Of a DNA stretch of 64,000 nucleotides, positions 49,125-60,200 are shown in pieces. A model generated the notes under the pieces. That model was not told the DNA's origin. It worked only from the letters and a program-made list of their open reading frames with translations, and made no database searches. The stretch is from Phoronis australis (lineage: Eukaryota > Animalia > Phoronida). Made by a program: the position numbers and the translations under genes. The DNA is taken from positions 1 through 64,000 of the forward strand of contig NMRA01000107.1 of assembly GCA_002633005.1 (NCBI GenBank), read 5' to 3'. The stretch's first letter is position 1. Each line of letters opens with the position of its first letter.

Positions 49125-52100
49125 TGTAAAACGATGGCACACGCAAACTGACGTGCGTGCAAGAATCTGCCTTATCTGTGTGGTGGACTACTGCAGTATG
49201 TCACAACCTTTCCTCTAAATATCAAGGCAGGTTTGTATCTGTAATGCTCACCAAAATTATGGTGTTACTCACGGGCCGTTTACTGAGGTCCTTTGACATT
49301 GCTTGATCTGGCATGATGCTGAAAAGTGACGTAACATGGTGCAAGTCAACGCTGCACTACTGCAAGTTTGCCCGATTATCTGATTCCATCTCGCAGTCCA
49401 ATGACAACACTTTGTTCAGTTTCCTGCATCCAGTATTACGACTGCAGATTTTTAATCTAGTCTAATCGGAAAGGAAGCTGTTTACAAGGGACTGCTTTAT
49501 TTCCTGCTAGACCACATTAAAATTTTGCTGTCTATTATTCTGAATACAGGAAACCCAACTGCAAGCTAGTCTTGAGTAACTCAGCTTTTGATCCTATTCT
49601 AGTATTTATGAGATAGTTGTATATGTTAGTACTCATGAAGTCCTTTTATCTATCTTGCCTGCAGGGTAAGTAGCTGTGCTTAAACTGTCAACCCAGCTAA
49701 AGTGCACTGGGAGGTCAATAAAACCTTTTATGGTGGACCAGTGCAATAAACCCAGACATGACATGTTAAGGGTACAATTAAGTATGGTGTCTATGTCAGG
49801 TCAATGTTTTCTGCAGCCTGTCATGCTCATCTCATGCCTCATAACATGTCACATCTCACCAAGTTTGGACAAAAACAACTGCCATGGTGCCCTTTTTCAT
49901 TTACAAAACAACATGGCTTCTGGGTTGCTATGGCGAAGAACGTGAAGCGTTTAAGCATTGATTTGGTGGTACTTATCATGTATGAAAAAAAGAGACAATA
50001 CTGTTTTATTTGCATGCCTTATTTTGTCCGTAAAATGGTGAGATTTTAGTGTGTTGAATTAGTTTTCATTGTTTTGAAATGAAATTCAGCTCTTGACAAG
50101 TCCAGGCAATTGTTTTAGTCAATGTTCATCATCAATTTTCGTGGTACCCTATTGCGTACGTTACGACATATGACAATATCAGCTTGTGCAATGGCCCCCT
50201 CCAAATCCACCATTGTTCTGTACGAGCGATCAGTCGGAGAAATTTTTCAAACATAGTAATACTCTGGTTCACTTTTTGATTGACTGATACTTGGAACATC
50301 ACTTGTATCTAGGAAACACTTTTTAACTGGTTCCAATCATGAATCGTATCATTTTTACCTTTTATTCTAGATGAACGATTCAACATTTTCTCAATGTTAT
50401 GTTTTCACAGCTCCAACACACTGTAAAAAAGTATCTTGAATGAAATGAACTGAAGATACAGTGAAGGGGATTACCACGATGCCAATGACTATCCACACAA
50501 CCTCAAAGTTTGACGGGATCGTCTAAATAGCCCAATTTTTGTGCAGGAAATCTATTGCTCAAGATTAACTTTATATATGTACATAGTAAGAATTTCCATT
50601 TTTGGGTCAGTGAAAAATTTATTATTTTCTCAAGGTCAGAGCTTGTACCAAACTTTAGAAATAGGCAATATTAGCCATCCCAAGTTCAGGAAATTCGATC
50701 CACGACAAACGATCATTCAGGTTGATGTTAGGTAGGATGTCGATGCATGGAAATGTGACATCAGTGGCTATTTTCCAAAATTTTATTATTAAGTGCCAAG
50801 TTTATTTTCAGACCCAAACAAAGATGCAGTGTCTGGTGTTTGAGAAATAAGCCAAAATCACTCATGAATCAAGTAAATTCAATTTTGCCTGGGCTTTGAG
50901 TTTCCCAAATTTAAGGGATTCTCCCAAATTGGAGAATTTTTACCAAGGTATGGAAACTGATGAGTATTTTTTTGGGATGAGCGTGGTCTCAGTGCAGATA
51001 AACTGAGTGAAATCTTGATGATGTCTGGTCTAGTCTGTTCACATTGGTAAAACTTGAGTCAACTACAGCATATTGATGATGCAGTTTTGACATGTGAAAC
51101 TTCCAAGGTATGATCTTGTACAAGCAGAATTGTTTTATTTCAAATCTGTTTGTAAACGTAACACTATAGTAGTACTTATATTTGGGAAAATAATAATGTT
51201 TGAAATCTGCGCACACCAGTCCTGTGTGGCTAAGGCAACTATGTTATCTTCATTAAAACTAACGAAAGTGTTCAAATTTCCCGAAATGGTTAGCCGACCA
51301 AGGAGTGAAAATTATGGAGGTAATGAGTACATGGGATCAGTTTCAGAATTTTGTTTCATTTTCTGAATGTTTGTAAAGAACTTGGTATCTTAATCAAAAT
51401 TTGATTTAATTAAATCTTTAATTTTCATTGCTTTGGTGGCTGTTTACCCTGTTTTCTGTCACAATCATCAATGTTTCATTTGCTCCATTTTCAGTATGAA
51501 ATTGTTCTCAAATTGTTCCACAGTCAAATTATGGGCGATTTCTGGGCTTATATTGAATTAGTAGTTTGTTACTGTAGATTAAGACAAGTCTCTACAAGAG
51601 GCTATGGTCTCAAGCAGTGATGAATTATCATTTTTTGTAAGCCCCAAAAACATTTTCATCTTAGGAACATTGCGAGGTCTGTTTTATAGCGTAACTTGAT
51701 CTAATCAAGGGTCATTGAGGAAACGTGGTTCTACAAGCACTTAGCCCACACACAAGGTTATACAACCCCAGAGTGTGAAGATTTGTTCTCATTTAAAAAA
51801 AATGTATTTACTTAGTATGTGCCAATCCGCATTTTACATAGGTGGGACTTATTTTGTAAAATCACCGACGTCTCTTTGCCGTTAATTGTCACAGCACAAT
51901 CAATTTGATTGGTGTCAAGCAGCTGTATTACTCGTGATTGCCCAGCTCACTAAACACATGGAATACCTGTGCTGTCGACCAAAGGCCCACTCCAACTTTT
52001 TAGTTTTTTAGTTTGAATCCCTGGAAGTTAAGCCAGGCAAATGCAATGTTCGTTTCATTTCTGGATTTTTTTAGAAATTCTGTTTTCAGGTAATCATTTC

Positions 52101-52748
52101 TGGAAGTGTGTTACTACTGATGGTTCAGTTACAGCAAATTCTCCAATTGGGGGCTGTCTGCATAATTTGAGACACAAAAATTCAAGCCAATATTGAATTT
52201 ATTTGATTCTGTAGATTGGGACACGAGTGATTTTGACGTTCATAGTATTTTGTAAACTTCGGATACTGTTTTGTGTCGTATGGTCCCCATAAGGTACATG
52301 AAGACGATTGATTGCTCTTGATCAACATTCTTGAACTTGGGAACACCAATTTAGTGCAAGCTCTGATCCAAATCAAAATATTTTTGTCACCTTCCCTGTT
52401 GATTTTTAGTGTAGATCAGTTTAGTTCCGTCACTTTCCGTAAAAACTTCAAATCTACCCAGTCATTTTAGTGGACTGTCCCTGTACTAGATAGTATTAAC
52501 TCTGCAGTTAGTTCATGACCAAATGAGGATGTTTGTGACAGACTTCTCAGTAGAGCATAATAAAATTGATTGATCAAGATCACGAAACTTTTGTGACAAA
52601 ACACGCTCACTTTACCACAGAACGGCCATATTCTACATACTGTTAACTGATGGAGGATTTTATGGCTTCCTGGATTTGGACATATTAGTGACAGCGTCAT
52701 GAAATGCAATTGACACAAAACACCTTTCTGATCGGCAATGCTTCAACT

Positions 52749-52764
52749 TTTATTTCAATTTAAT
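52749..52764 (-). terminator. Candidate Jun polyadenylation signals (ATTAAA and AATAAA)
   Basis: Plus-strand tttatt 52749-52754 and tttaat 52759-52764, ~530 nt past the Jun stop, after an AT-rich 3'UTR. Confidence 0.55.
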
Positions 52765-53293
52765 AATGTAGTAAAAAAATGTATGAAAACAAAATTAGAT
52801 ATACAACAAACCTAAAGACCCATGCAGCTTAAATTAAGTTGGGATGGCGAATCAAGCTTAGTGAAACAAAAAACTTGTTTCGGGCCTTGAGCCAATTCGG
52901 AATCTTCCTGTTTAAGCATACAAAACACTACATTTCGAGGCATGATTTAGTAATGTGAAACTAGGAACACTAAATCACAATATTAAAAATATAAACCAAG
53001 TGTTCCATCCCAAAACTTGAACCAAACAATGGTTTCCATCCAAAGGTGGCGCTGCATGGGGCTATAAATAAACCTTAATCTTCATAGAGGAACAGCACCA
53101 GTCAATTAACCATCAAGAAATAGTCATTTTATACATCTATTTACATCAGCACAAAATGTTGGACTTGGAAGATAAAATGATATCCAACATTTAGAACACA
53201 AGTCACTTTAAAAGTTAAACCGACTGATCAACAGTCAAAATAAATTAAGACTCTTTTATACAAAATGATAACAGTTCAGATCCACTCGTGCGT

Positions 53294-54175
53294 TTACAAC
53301 AAGTTCGAGGAGAGCATAACTTGACATCCGCTGTTAACATGGTCCATAATTTTCTGTTTGAGCCTGAACACTTGATCACGTAACTTCACAGCCGTCTCTT
53401 GGAGTTGTGTGTTATGACTCTTAATTTCTGCCACACGATCTTCAAGCCGAGATATCCTCTCCAACTTCCTCGTACGACACTTTCTGGCAGCGACACGATT
53501 CCTTGCCCTCTTACGCTCCAACTTGGCAAGTTCCTGCTGTCCCATGTCGATAGGGGAGACTGGCGGGGATGTGCTCAGACAGGGGACCATTTGAAGCTCT
53601 TCCTTCAGCACGAGTTTAGGCGAGTACGTTTCAGTTGCCCGGGTGAGATTGACTGATGTTGGAATTCTAGGTGCCGATTGTGGTACAACCGAGCCCGGCA
53701 AAGCAGTAGTGGTTGTTGTAGGAGCTACTTGACTGGAATTAACAGTTGTCAGTGTAGTGTATGTAAAGTTACTTGAGCCCGTTGACGGGGCCGATGAAAC
53801 AGTTCCCTCCGTCCTGTGCAACTCATTCAAGGCATCAACAAAACCTTTGGCATAAGCTTCCTGCTCCTCACTCACGAACTTTGGACAAATGAATTGTGTT
53901 GGTGTTGGCGTTGTTGTCACATGTCCATTTTGCTGAATAATCAACTTCTCCAATTCGGGACTGGCAAGTTTCAACATACTCAAATCTGGCGAACTGAGAA
54001 CACCTGGCACCTCCGATGTGCCCAACAGACTGGTCAGTTTCATATGCTTTGTGTTCTTTGCATTGAAGTCCAGAGTCATTTTCCTCTTGAGGGAGTTTAC
54101 AGAAGGTCGGTTGCCGGTGATTCTGTTGGCCATACCTTCGTCGTGGTAGAATGTCGATTCAATTGCTGTGGCCAT
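53294..54175 (-). CDS. JUN: Transcription factor AP-1 subunit c-Jun (bZIP), intronless, 293 aa
   Basis: ESTFY N-term; JNK-docking LKRKMTLDF; [21 protein letters not shown] (S63/S73 equivalents); TTTPTPTQF; [13 protein letters not shown]; LKEELQMVP; SPPVSPIDM; basic region and zipper [28 protein letters not shown]...[14 protein letters not shown]. Confidence 0.99.
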   Translation of the reverse strand: MATAIESTFYHDEGMANRITGNRPSVNSLKRKMTLDFNAKNTKHMKLTSLLGTSEVPGVLSSPDLSMLKLASPELEKLIIQQNGHVTTTPTPTQFICPKFVSEEQEAYAKGFVDALNELHRTEGTVSSAPSTGSSNFTYTTLTTVNSSQVAPTTTTTALPGSVVPQSAPRIPTSVNLTRATETYSPKLVLKEELQMVPCLSTSPPVSPIDMGQQELAKLERKRARNRVAARKCRTRKLERISRLEDRVAEIKSHNTQLQETAVKLRDQVFRLKQKIMDHVNSGCQVMLSSNLL

Positions 54176-54189
54176 TCCGATACAACACT

Positions 54190-54570
54190 GGGTGAGTCAA
54201 CTCAACGAGTTCGTGGCTAGGTGCGTCTAATTATAAACAATGACTTGCAACTTGCGATGAGTAATTTCACACACACTTTCTGAGTTCACAAATCTATCAC
54301 ACGTAGCCCTTCAATGTTCGCTCGTAACTGAGTCACCACTGCGAAGTTGTACAGTTTTATGCTTCACACTTTCTCTCGATCCGTTTTTAGCGAAGAATGA
54401 CTCATCGTGCTCGCTGTTTGAATTTATAGTAGTGAGTAATAAGTTATTTTTAGAATGATGTCATCTGCAGCGAGTTTGATTGGTTCCAAGCTACGGTTTT
54501 GGTCACGTGGCTTATCATGTGAGCGCTTTCCAATAATTTCGCAAAGGATTCTGGGATGACGTAATGTCCA
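54190..54570 (-). promoter_or_regulatory. Jun promoter and 5'UTR: Inr, TATA, MEF2, ATF/AP-1-like, CCAAT, E-box, CRE-like and three AP-1 sites
   Basis: Minus strand: Inr TCATTC (+1 about 54398); TATAAA 54423-54428 (-30); MEF2 CTAAAAATAA 54444-54453; TGACATCA 54456-54463; CCAAT 54479-54483; CACGTG 54504-54509; TTACGTCA 54557-54564; TGA(C/G)TCA at 54193, 54329, 54398. Confidence 0.85.
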
Positions 54571-56404
54571 GTTTCGCACAACTTCAGTGACGTTGTCAAG
54601 ATATCCCTGCCCTCTTTGCCTTATTTGGAATGGGATTTCCCTCCATTTTATTTTTGTTTTCTTGAGCGGCGCAGACGATTGAGAAACCGTTGAAATTAGG
54701 TCAAGTAACAACCCACGCAAACCCGATAGGCAACCGACAGAGTGAGTGCTCGTTTCAAACAGTGTTTTATTTTGCTGTTGACATAAATGGGCTTTTAGTA
54801 TGATGGTTAATGTTGATTAAACCCTATTCTTCATTGAAACTTAAAACTTTCAGAATATGGTGCATAAAGTCAACAAATGGTCACAACTAGAGTTCGAAAA
54901 TGTCGGGGGAAATGCCCGACGGCTAAACCAAAACTGGGAGTGGTGGGAACGGCACCTTCTAGGAAAACCTTCCCTTTTCTTGGAGGTTTCAGTCACATCG
55001 TTAAAACTTGCCCACCTTGTAGGTGTTAGTTTTGGCAAATATACAAGTAGAGGCTCCTTGGTCAACGCCTCGACGGACTGTCCGCACGGCTACGCCATAG
55101 GCCTACGGCGCTCAGTAGAGGCTTGCTGTCAACCCTCTCGGCGTTGGAATTGAAGAAAGAAAAATTTCTAAATAATCTTTCTAATAATTAAAATGTACAA
55201 TTGAAAGAAAAAATAACAAAGATATGGAACGTCTCAGTATTATTTAGAATCGCAGTTATCGCCCCACGGACTCAGTTGCTGGTAATCGGGTCAGATAAAG
55301 CATAAAGTGTGCATTTCAAACTAGTGTAATATACAGTATTCCCCGCTCTCTGGCGCACCACCAATGGTCATGCTTTATCTGACTATTACCGAACATTTTT
55401 GTGCTGTTAAATTCCCATCCTTATTTTTTATGACTTTTACATGTGTCCTTGTGAATGACCATCTAGAAGAATGTTAGCTGCTAAAACCAAAGGAAGACTT
55501 AAGGTCCCATACAAAAAGTGCATTGTCTATATTCAGGTGATGGTAACATATTTTATGGAATTGCCTGTGGCATCATTGCTGTAGTCTGGATGTTAAACAG
55601 TGTTAAAGTGGTTGATGAGTATATGAGTACTTTTAAACATTTTCATTTCACCTCATACCCGTCCGTTTAACGGCAACCCCTGTGATGTTTCGCCCTGGAT
55701 CTTAACTTGGGCGAATATAATAGGGTGCCATAGGCATGTTGTGAGTATAGATGCCATCAGAATAAGGATCTTATAATTGTGATTCTACTCTGGTGCTGAC
55801 CAACACAAGTAAAGTTTGAAAAGCGACAACAACTTTCCTAAAATGTAGCGACATGTTTTGGCAGTAAAGCATCCACCATTGTCCAGCTTTATTTAGAGAA
55901 TGGATGCCAAGATGGCCGCGTACTGGTACGGTGCACAGAAAATTCCAAAACACGCAAAAATACCAGAAGCAGGATTGGCTAGTGATCAGCGAATCACAAC
56001 TCAGTGTAACAGTGTCAAACGACTCATGGGAAACCTGGTGTGCATTGAGTGAGGGCGTTTGCACGATCTTGTGATTATGATAGATGCCATCGAAAGGCAT
56101 CATGTGAGTACGGTAGATGTCACTAGAAAGCACCTTATAAGATTTTTGTAGTTTCCCCCGACAATCTTTTTGTCATACAATGTCTGTAATTATTCACTCT
56201 TTTCACTCTGCTATTGTGCACAAATAGTAACCTCTAATCTTGAATCTTCAATAGCAGGCAAGTTGAATAGCTCCGGTGAGAAACTTCCTGAATCATGTAT
56301 TTCTTTGAACTTAAATCATGTGGACACAAGATAGCCTTGAATAACTTGCCTCACAACAACTTGCCCACAGTCAGCCGGGTGTCCACACTCACAATACACC
56401 TTGC

Positions 56405-56683
56405 CATGGGCGGCTCAGCACTGAAAAAAGTGGGGTCCTATAGCCCCCCCCATCCCCTTGTGGTGTGCCACCCATGGTTGAAACAAATAATATAACTTAG
56501 CCAGCGTGTAGCTGGTAATCACTTCTCCATGTCTACAGGTTTGTGTCCAAACACATGGGTGGCACAGAACTGAAAAAAGTAGGTGGGCTAAAGCCCCCTC
56601 AGCCTATAGACCATGTGCGGCGCAGCACTGAAAAAAGTGGGGGCTATAGCCCCCCCCCAGCTCCCAATGGTGCGCGCCCATGA
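56405..56683. mobile_element. Three ~65-70-bp miniature TIR units (hAT-like micro-MITEs)
   Basis: CATG(G/T)G..gcactgaaaaaagtgggg..tatagccccccc..CCATG at ~56405-56476, 56554-56616 and 56613-56683. Confidence 0.55.
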
Positions 56684-57072
56684 AACAATGACTTGCGCTG
56701 GGGCAAGTTACCTACCTGGATAAGGTGGGGTAATTATAGGTGTCACGTGTGTCGATTGAGTTACCCCAGCTCCACATTACCATCAAACTTATTAGACAAC
56801 TTGTACAGGAGTAACTTGTTCTAGAGTAACTCGTGGTGTGGACAATAGTTTAGGCACCTTATCATTCGGGTTGGTCAGTGAAGGACTCGGACTCAGAGAT
56901 TTGGAAGACTTTTCACTCGGTTAATGTGTTCAGTGTTCATGGCATTTCCAGGAGACATCAAATCACACATGACACAGTTTTTATAGGTTGATTAATGCTT
57001 TGTCACTGGGAGAAATATCTCATCACAATACATCCTGAAAACTTGAAACTAATGATTTCTCTTGTTTCAGAC

Positions 57073-57201
57073 ATGGCTTCCTCCAGCTCAAATATTTCCT
57101 TGTCAGTCTTGAGTGACGTTGGGGATATGACAAGCGATGATGTTATGGTTCAGAAAAGGCTCCGCACTGTGGGTGACGATGGAGATTTGAATGATACCCA
57201 G
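57073..57201 (+). CDS. MSH5: MSH5 first coding exon (MASSSSNISLSV...GDLNDTQ)
   Basis: Acceptor tttcag| at 57070 then acATGg; acidic low-complexity peptide; weak donor CAG|gttttc, phase 0. Confidence 0.6.
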
Positions 57202-60200
57202 GTTTTCTTATTTCTTGTAAAAACAACAGAGTAGGATACCATTTTTGCACAAAAAGCCTATTTGACTTTTTTGTGAAATGAGTNCACACACACCACTGTA
57301 TGTGATTTACTTTCAAATCTCTTAATTGCAGAGTGATTATGAGCCACCTATAGTGACAGGTGATGAAGGTGTTGAGCTGTCCACATGCTTGTGAAAATAT
57401 CCAGATTTTGCCCATATTGCCAGTGTTAGGACAGTATGTGCCTAATCCTGCCGCAGACTCAAGCTTGTTCTATTCCCACTTTATTTCACAATATTTTGTT
57501 CTTCCGCAACAACGTATCATATTCGTTAGGCCACATCTTAAATGTCAATTGTCATATAGTGTTTGATTTTACTTTATTGCTGTTTCTGTTGACGAAGGAC
57601 GTTATATCCAAAAATTTCAGTTGATCCATTCTTGTTGTTTTATTTACCTATTTATGTTCTTGCCTGTAAATGTGAGTTTGATGTAAAAAGAGAATAGAAT
57701 GGCTCATTTCCCAAAATTTCAGTAATAGTGTAACTGTCGGTCACCCTAGCATTGTTTTACAATAAATATTCCAGGTTTTGGGTGTTTTCCCGATCTAGTC
57801 ATTGTGCTTAAAGCGTAGAAAGCCCACTTCTTCATACTTGTACAAGAGTCAAATGAAACACTGACTGGAATATAGACAAATCACTTTTTAAAACTTAGAC
57901 ATTGGCAACAAAATAGCTTGCATTAATGCTACTTTTCTAATAGTGGGACATGAGCGCTTTTAAGAACTGTTATTGAAACATGGGCAATACAGGGTTTCCA
58001 CATTTTGAGAACAAGTTTGATACTTGTTATTTATGGTGCACAAATGGTTTTCAAAATGCAGAAATGTACTGAAAGTGACTGTTAAGGAAGCATGGATGCA
58101 CAAAAGGGAAAATTTCAAAAACAGAATGTAAGCATTTGGTCAAATGTAGGTGTGTACTTAGACATTTACAGTTATTCGTACACTGTAATAAATTTGCCAC
58201 ATGTATGTTGTGCTCACTTTATTCGAACTGTGCCTGCCTACAGAAACTATACAGTTGCCTAATTTTGTTTTTTTTTTTATAAAATTAAGAGAAAAAATGT
58301 TGTTTTGTTCCATCCAAACATTAAATTTGTGCATTTTTCAAAATGTCGTATGTATATTACAGATATATCTGAGTGTGGTCTGGCAGCAGGGTAAACTTGG
58401 TTTGGCCTACTATGATGTGGACAGTTGTCAAATGTTTATAATGCCTGATGTTGTAGATACGGAGTCATTCGACCTTCTCAAAACAGGTAAAGTTGTTTGA
58501 GCACAGTATCCTGATGTGCTACTATAGCCGCTGTTGTGAGCACACGGCAGTTACATAGCCTCAAGTACTAACAGTGATCCTTGAACCATTTGGGTTTGGT
58601 TTAAAATTCATATTACTGTGAGGGGTGATTATAACTTTTGTTTGAATAATTATCTCAGCAATTAATTTTTGTCGCAAAATCACTTAACACACCAATCAGT
58701 AAAATTATACTAATTTCCTGGAAACAGAATCATTATGTCTAGTTAATGAAGTTTAGTTGTACCTGTGTCACTTATTCCTGTCTCAACAGCATGCCACACC
58801 GCAAAAAAAGTGAATTCACAAGTTTTCAAAAAATGAAGGTTATTGATTCCTCAAATCAGTTGAAAAATTACCATTATTGTCAGCTTTTTTTAGACAAAAC
58901 TATGGATTACATTGAATTTAGTATTTTCAATTAGAATAAGTACCCTCTCATTGTTTTGTAGTTATGGAGCCTTTTTTACAGAGACAAGTGAATGTTTCTG
59001 AAACGATCGAATATAGGATGGGTATTTTATTATGGTAAAAGCCAACCATGTAGAACACAATGTGGCAGAAAGTGAAATTTTATTTATTATGTTTTGCATT
59101 GAATGTGCAGTTCCAAATAGATGATGATTTAATTCCATGTTTAAGTTATGTACCACAGCTTCCATCAAACAAAGTTTTGAAAGTGGCATTCACAAAAATG
59201 TCTTGAGCCTTGAAAATGAAAAAAGGGGCATTTTTGGCAATTATTTTTGTTACTGAAATCGGCAACATTTTACTGTATTAAAATAGTTGCACTTTTCATA
59301 AATTTGCAAATGCATGTTTTTGTGCTTACTCATGGTTGTTCCATAAAGAGAAATCTGATATAATCAATCTTCTGAAGATAAACAAATTTTCAACAAAACA
59401 TCTTTTATCTGATCATCTAGCAACCTGCTAGTTCTGTTACACTAACCAGACCTGGTAAAGATTCCAAAGTGGTGAAAAACGGGACAATAGCCGCTGCATA
59501 TTGCTTGTTTAACTAAAGTTAACATGTGTATGTTTATGTATTGTATTTGGCTGCATGTGGTCTTATCTCTTACATCTCACTTGTTGTGCCTAAGTATTGA
59601 AACAGGCACCTGCATTAAACACCTGGTTCTTCTCCAGCTTTACTTTAGGGCGATAGTCAGTTTGACAGAAAGCTTACTCAAGAACTCTGTGGTATTAAAT
59701 TGCAGCTGTTTATGTGCATTAATTCACAACCATTTTTTTAGAGTATTTGAAGTATTTCTTATTACTGCTGGTATACCCCCTTTGTTGGATTCTGTGACAT
59801 TTACCTCTTTGTTGGAGTCTACGATAATTACCCATATACTGTGGTGTACCCTCAGTCTTTGACAGATTCGGTGATATTTATCTACAATCTGTGGGTGTAC
59901 CTTCTCTGCCGGGATTGCAATATTTATCCATATACTCTTTTTGACGTATTCGTTTATATTTGCCTACATACTACAGGTATACTCTATCTGTCATAAATTG
60001 ATTGATGCAGGGAATTAACAAAGGCCTCTTACTTCTACGCATACGAGTCGTTTGCCAAGTAAGCGGTCTGGCCACAGAAGTGCTAACAAAAAACTAGCAG
60101 TTTTGTACAAGTGAACTGAAACCGCTGGCAAAAACATTAGCAGTTTTGTTCTACTGAACTGAATCTGCTAGCAAAGGACCAGCAAATATGACACTTGTAA

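Noticed and set aside
53399-54220. Plus-strand ORFs (85 and 134 aa) antisense to Jun
   Set aside because: Shadow ORFs of the Jun coding strand, with no motifs
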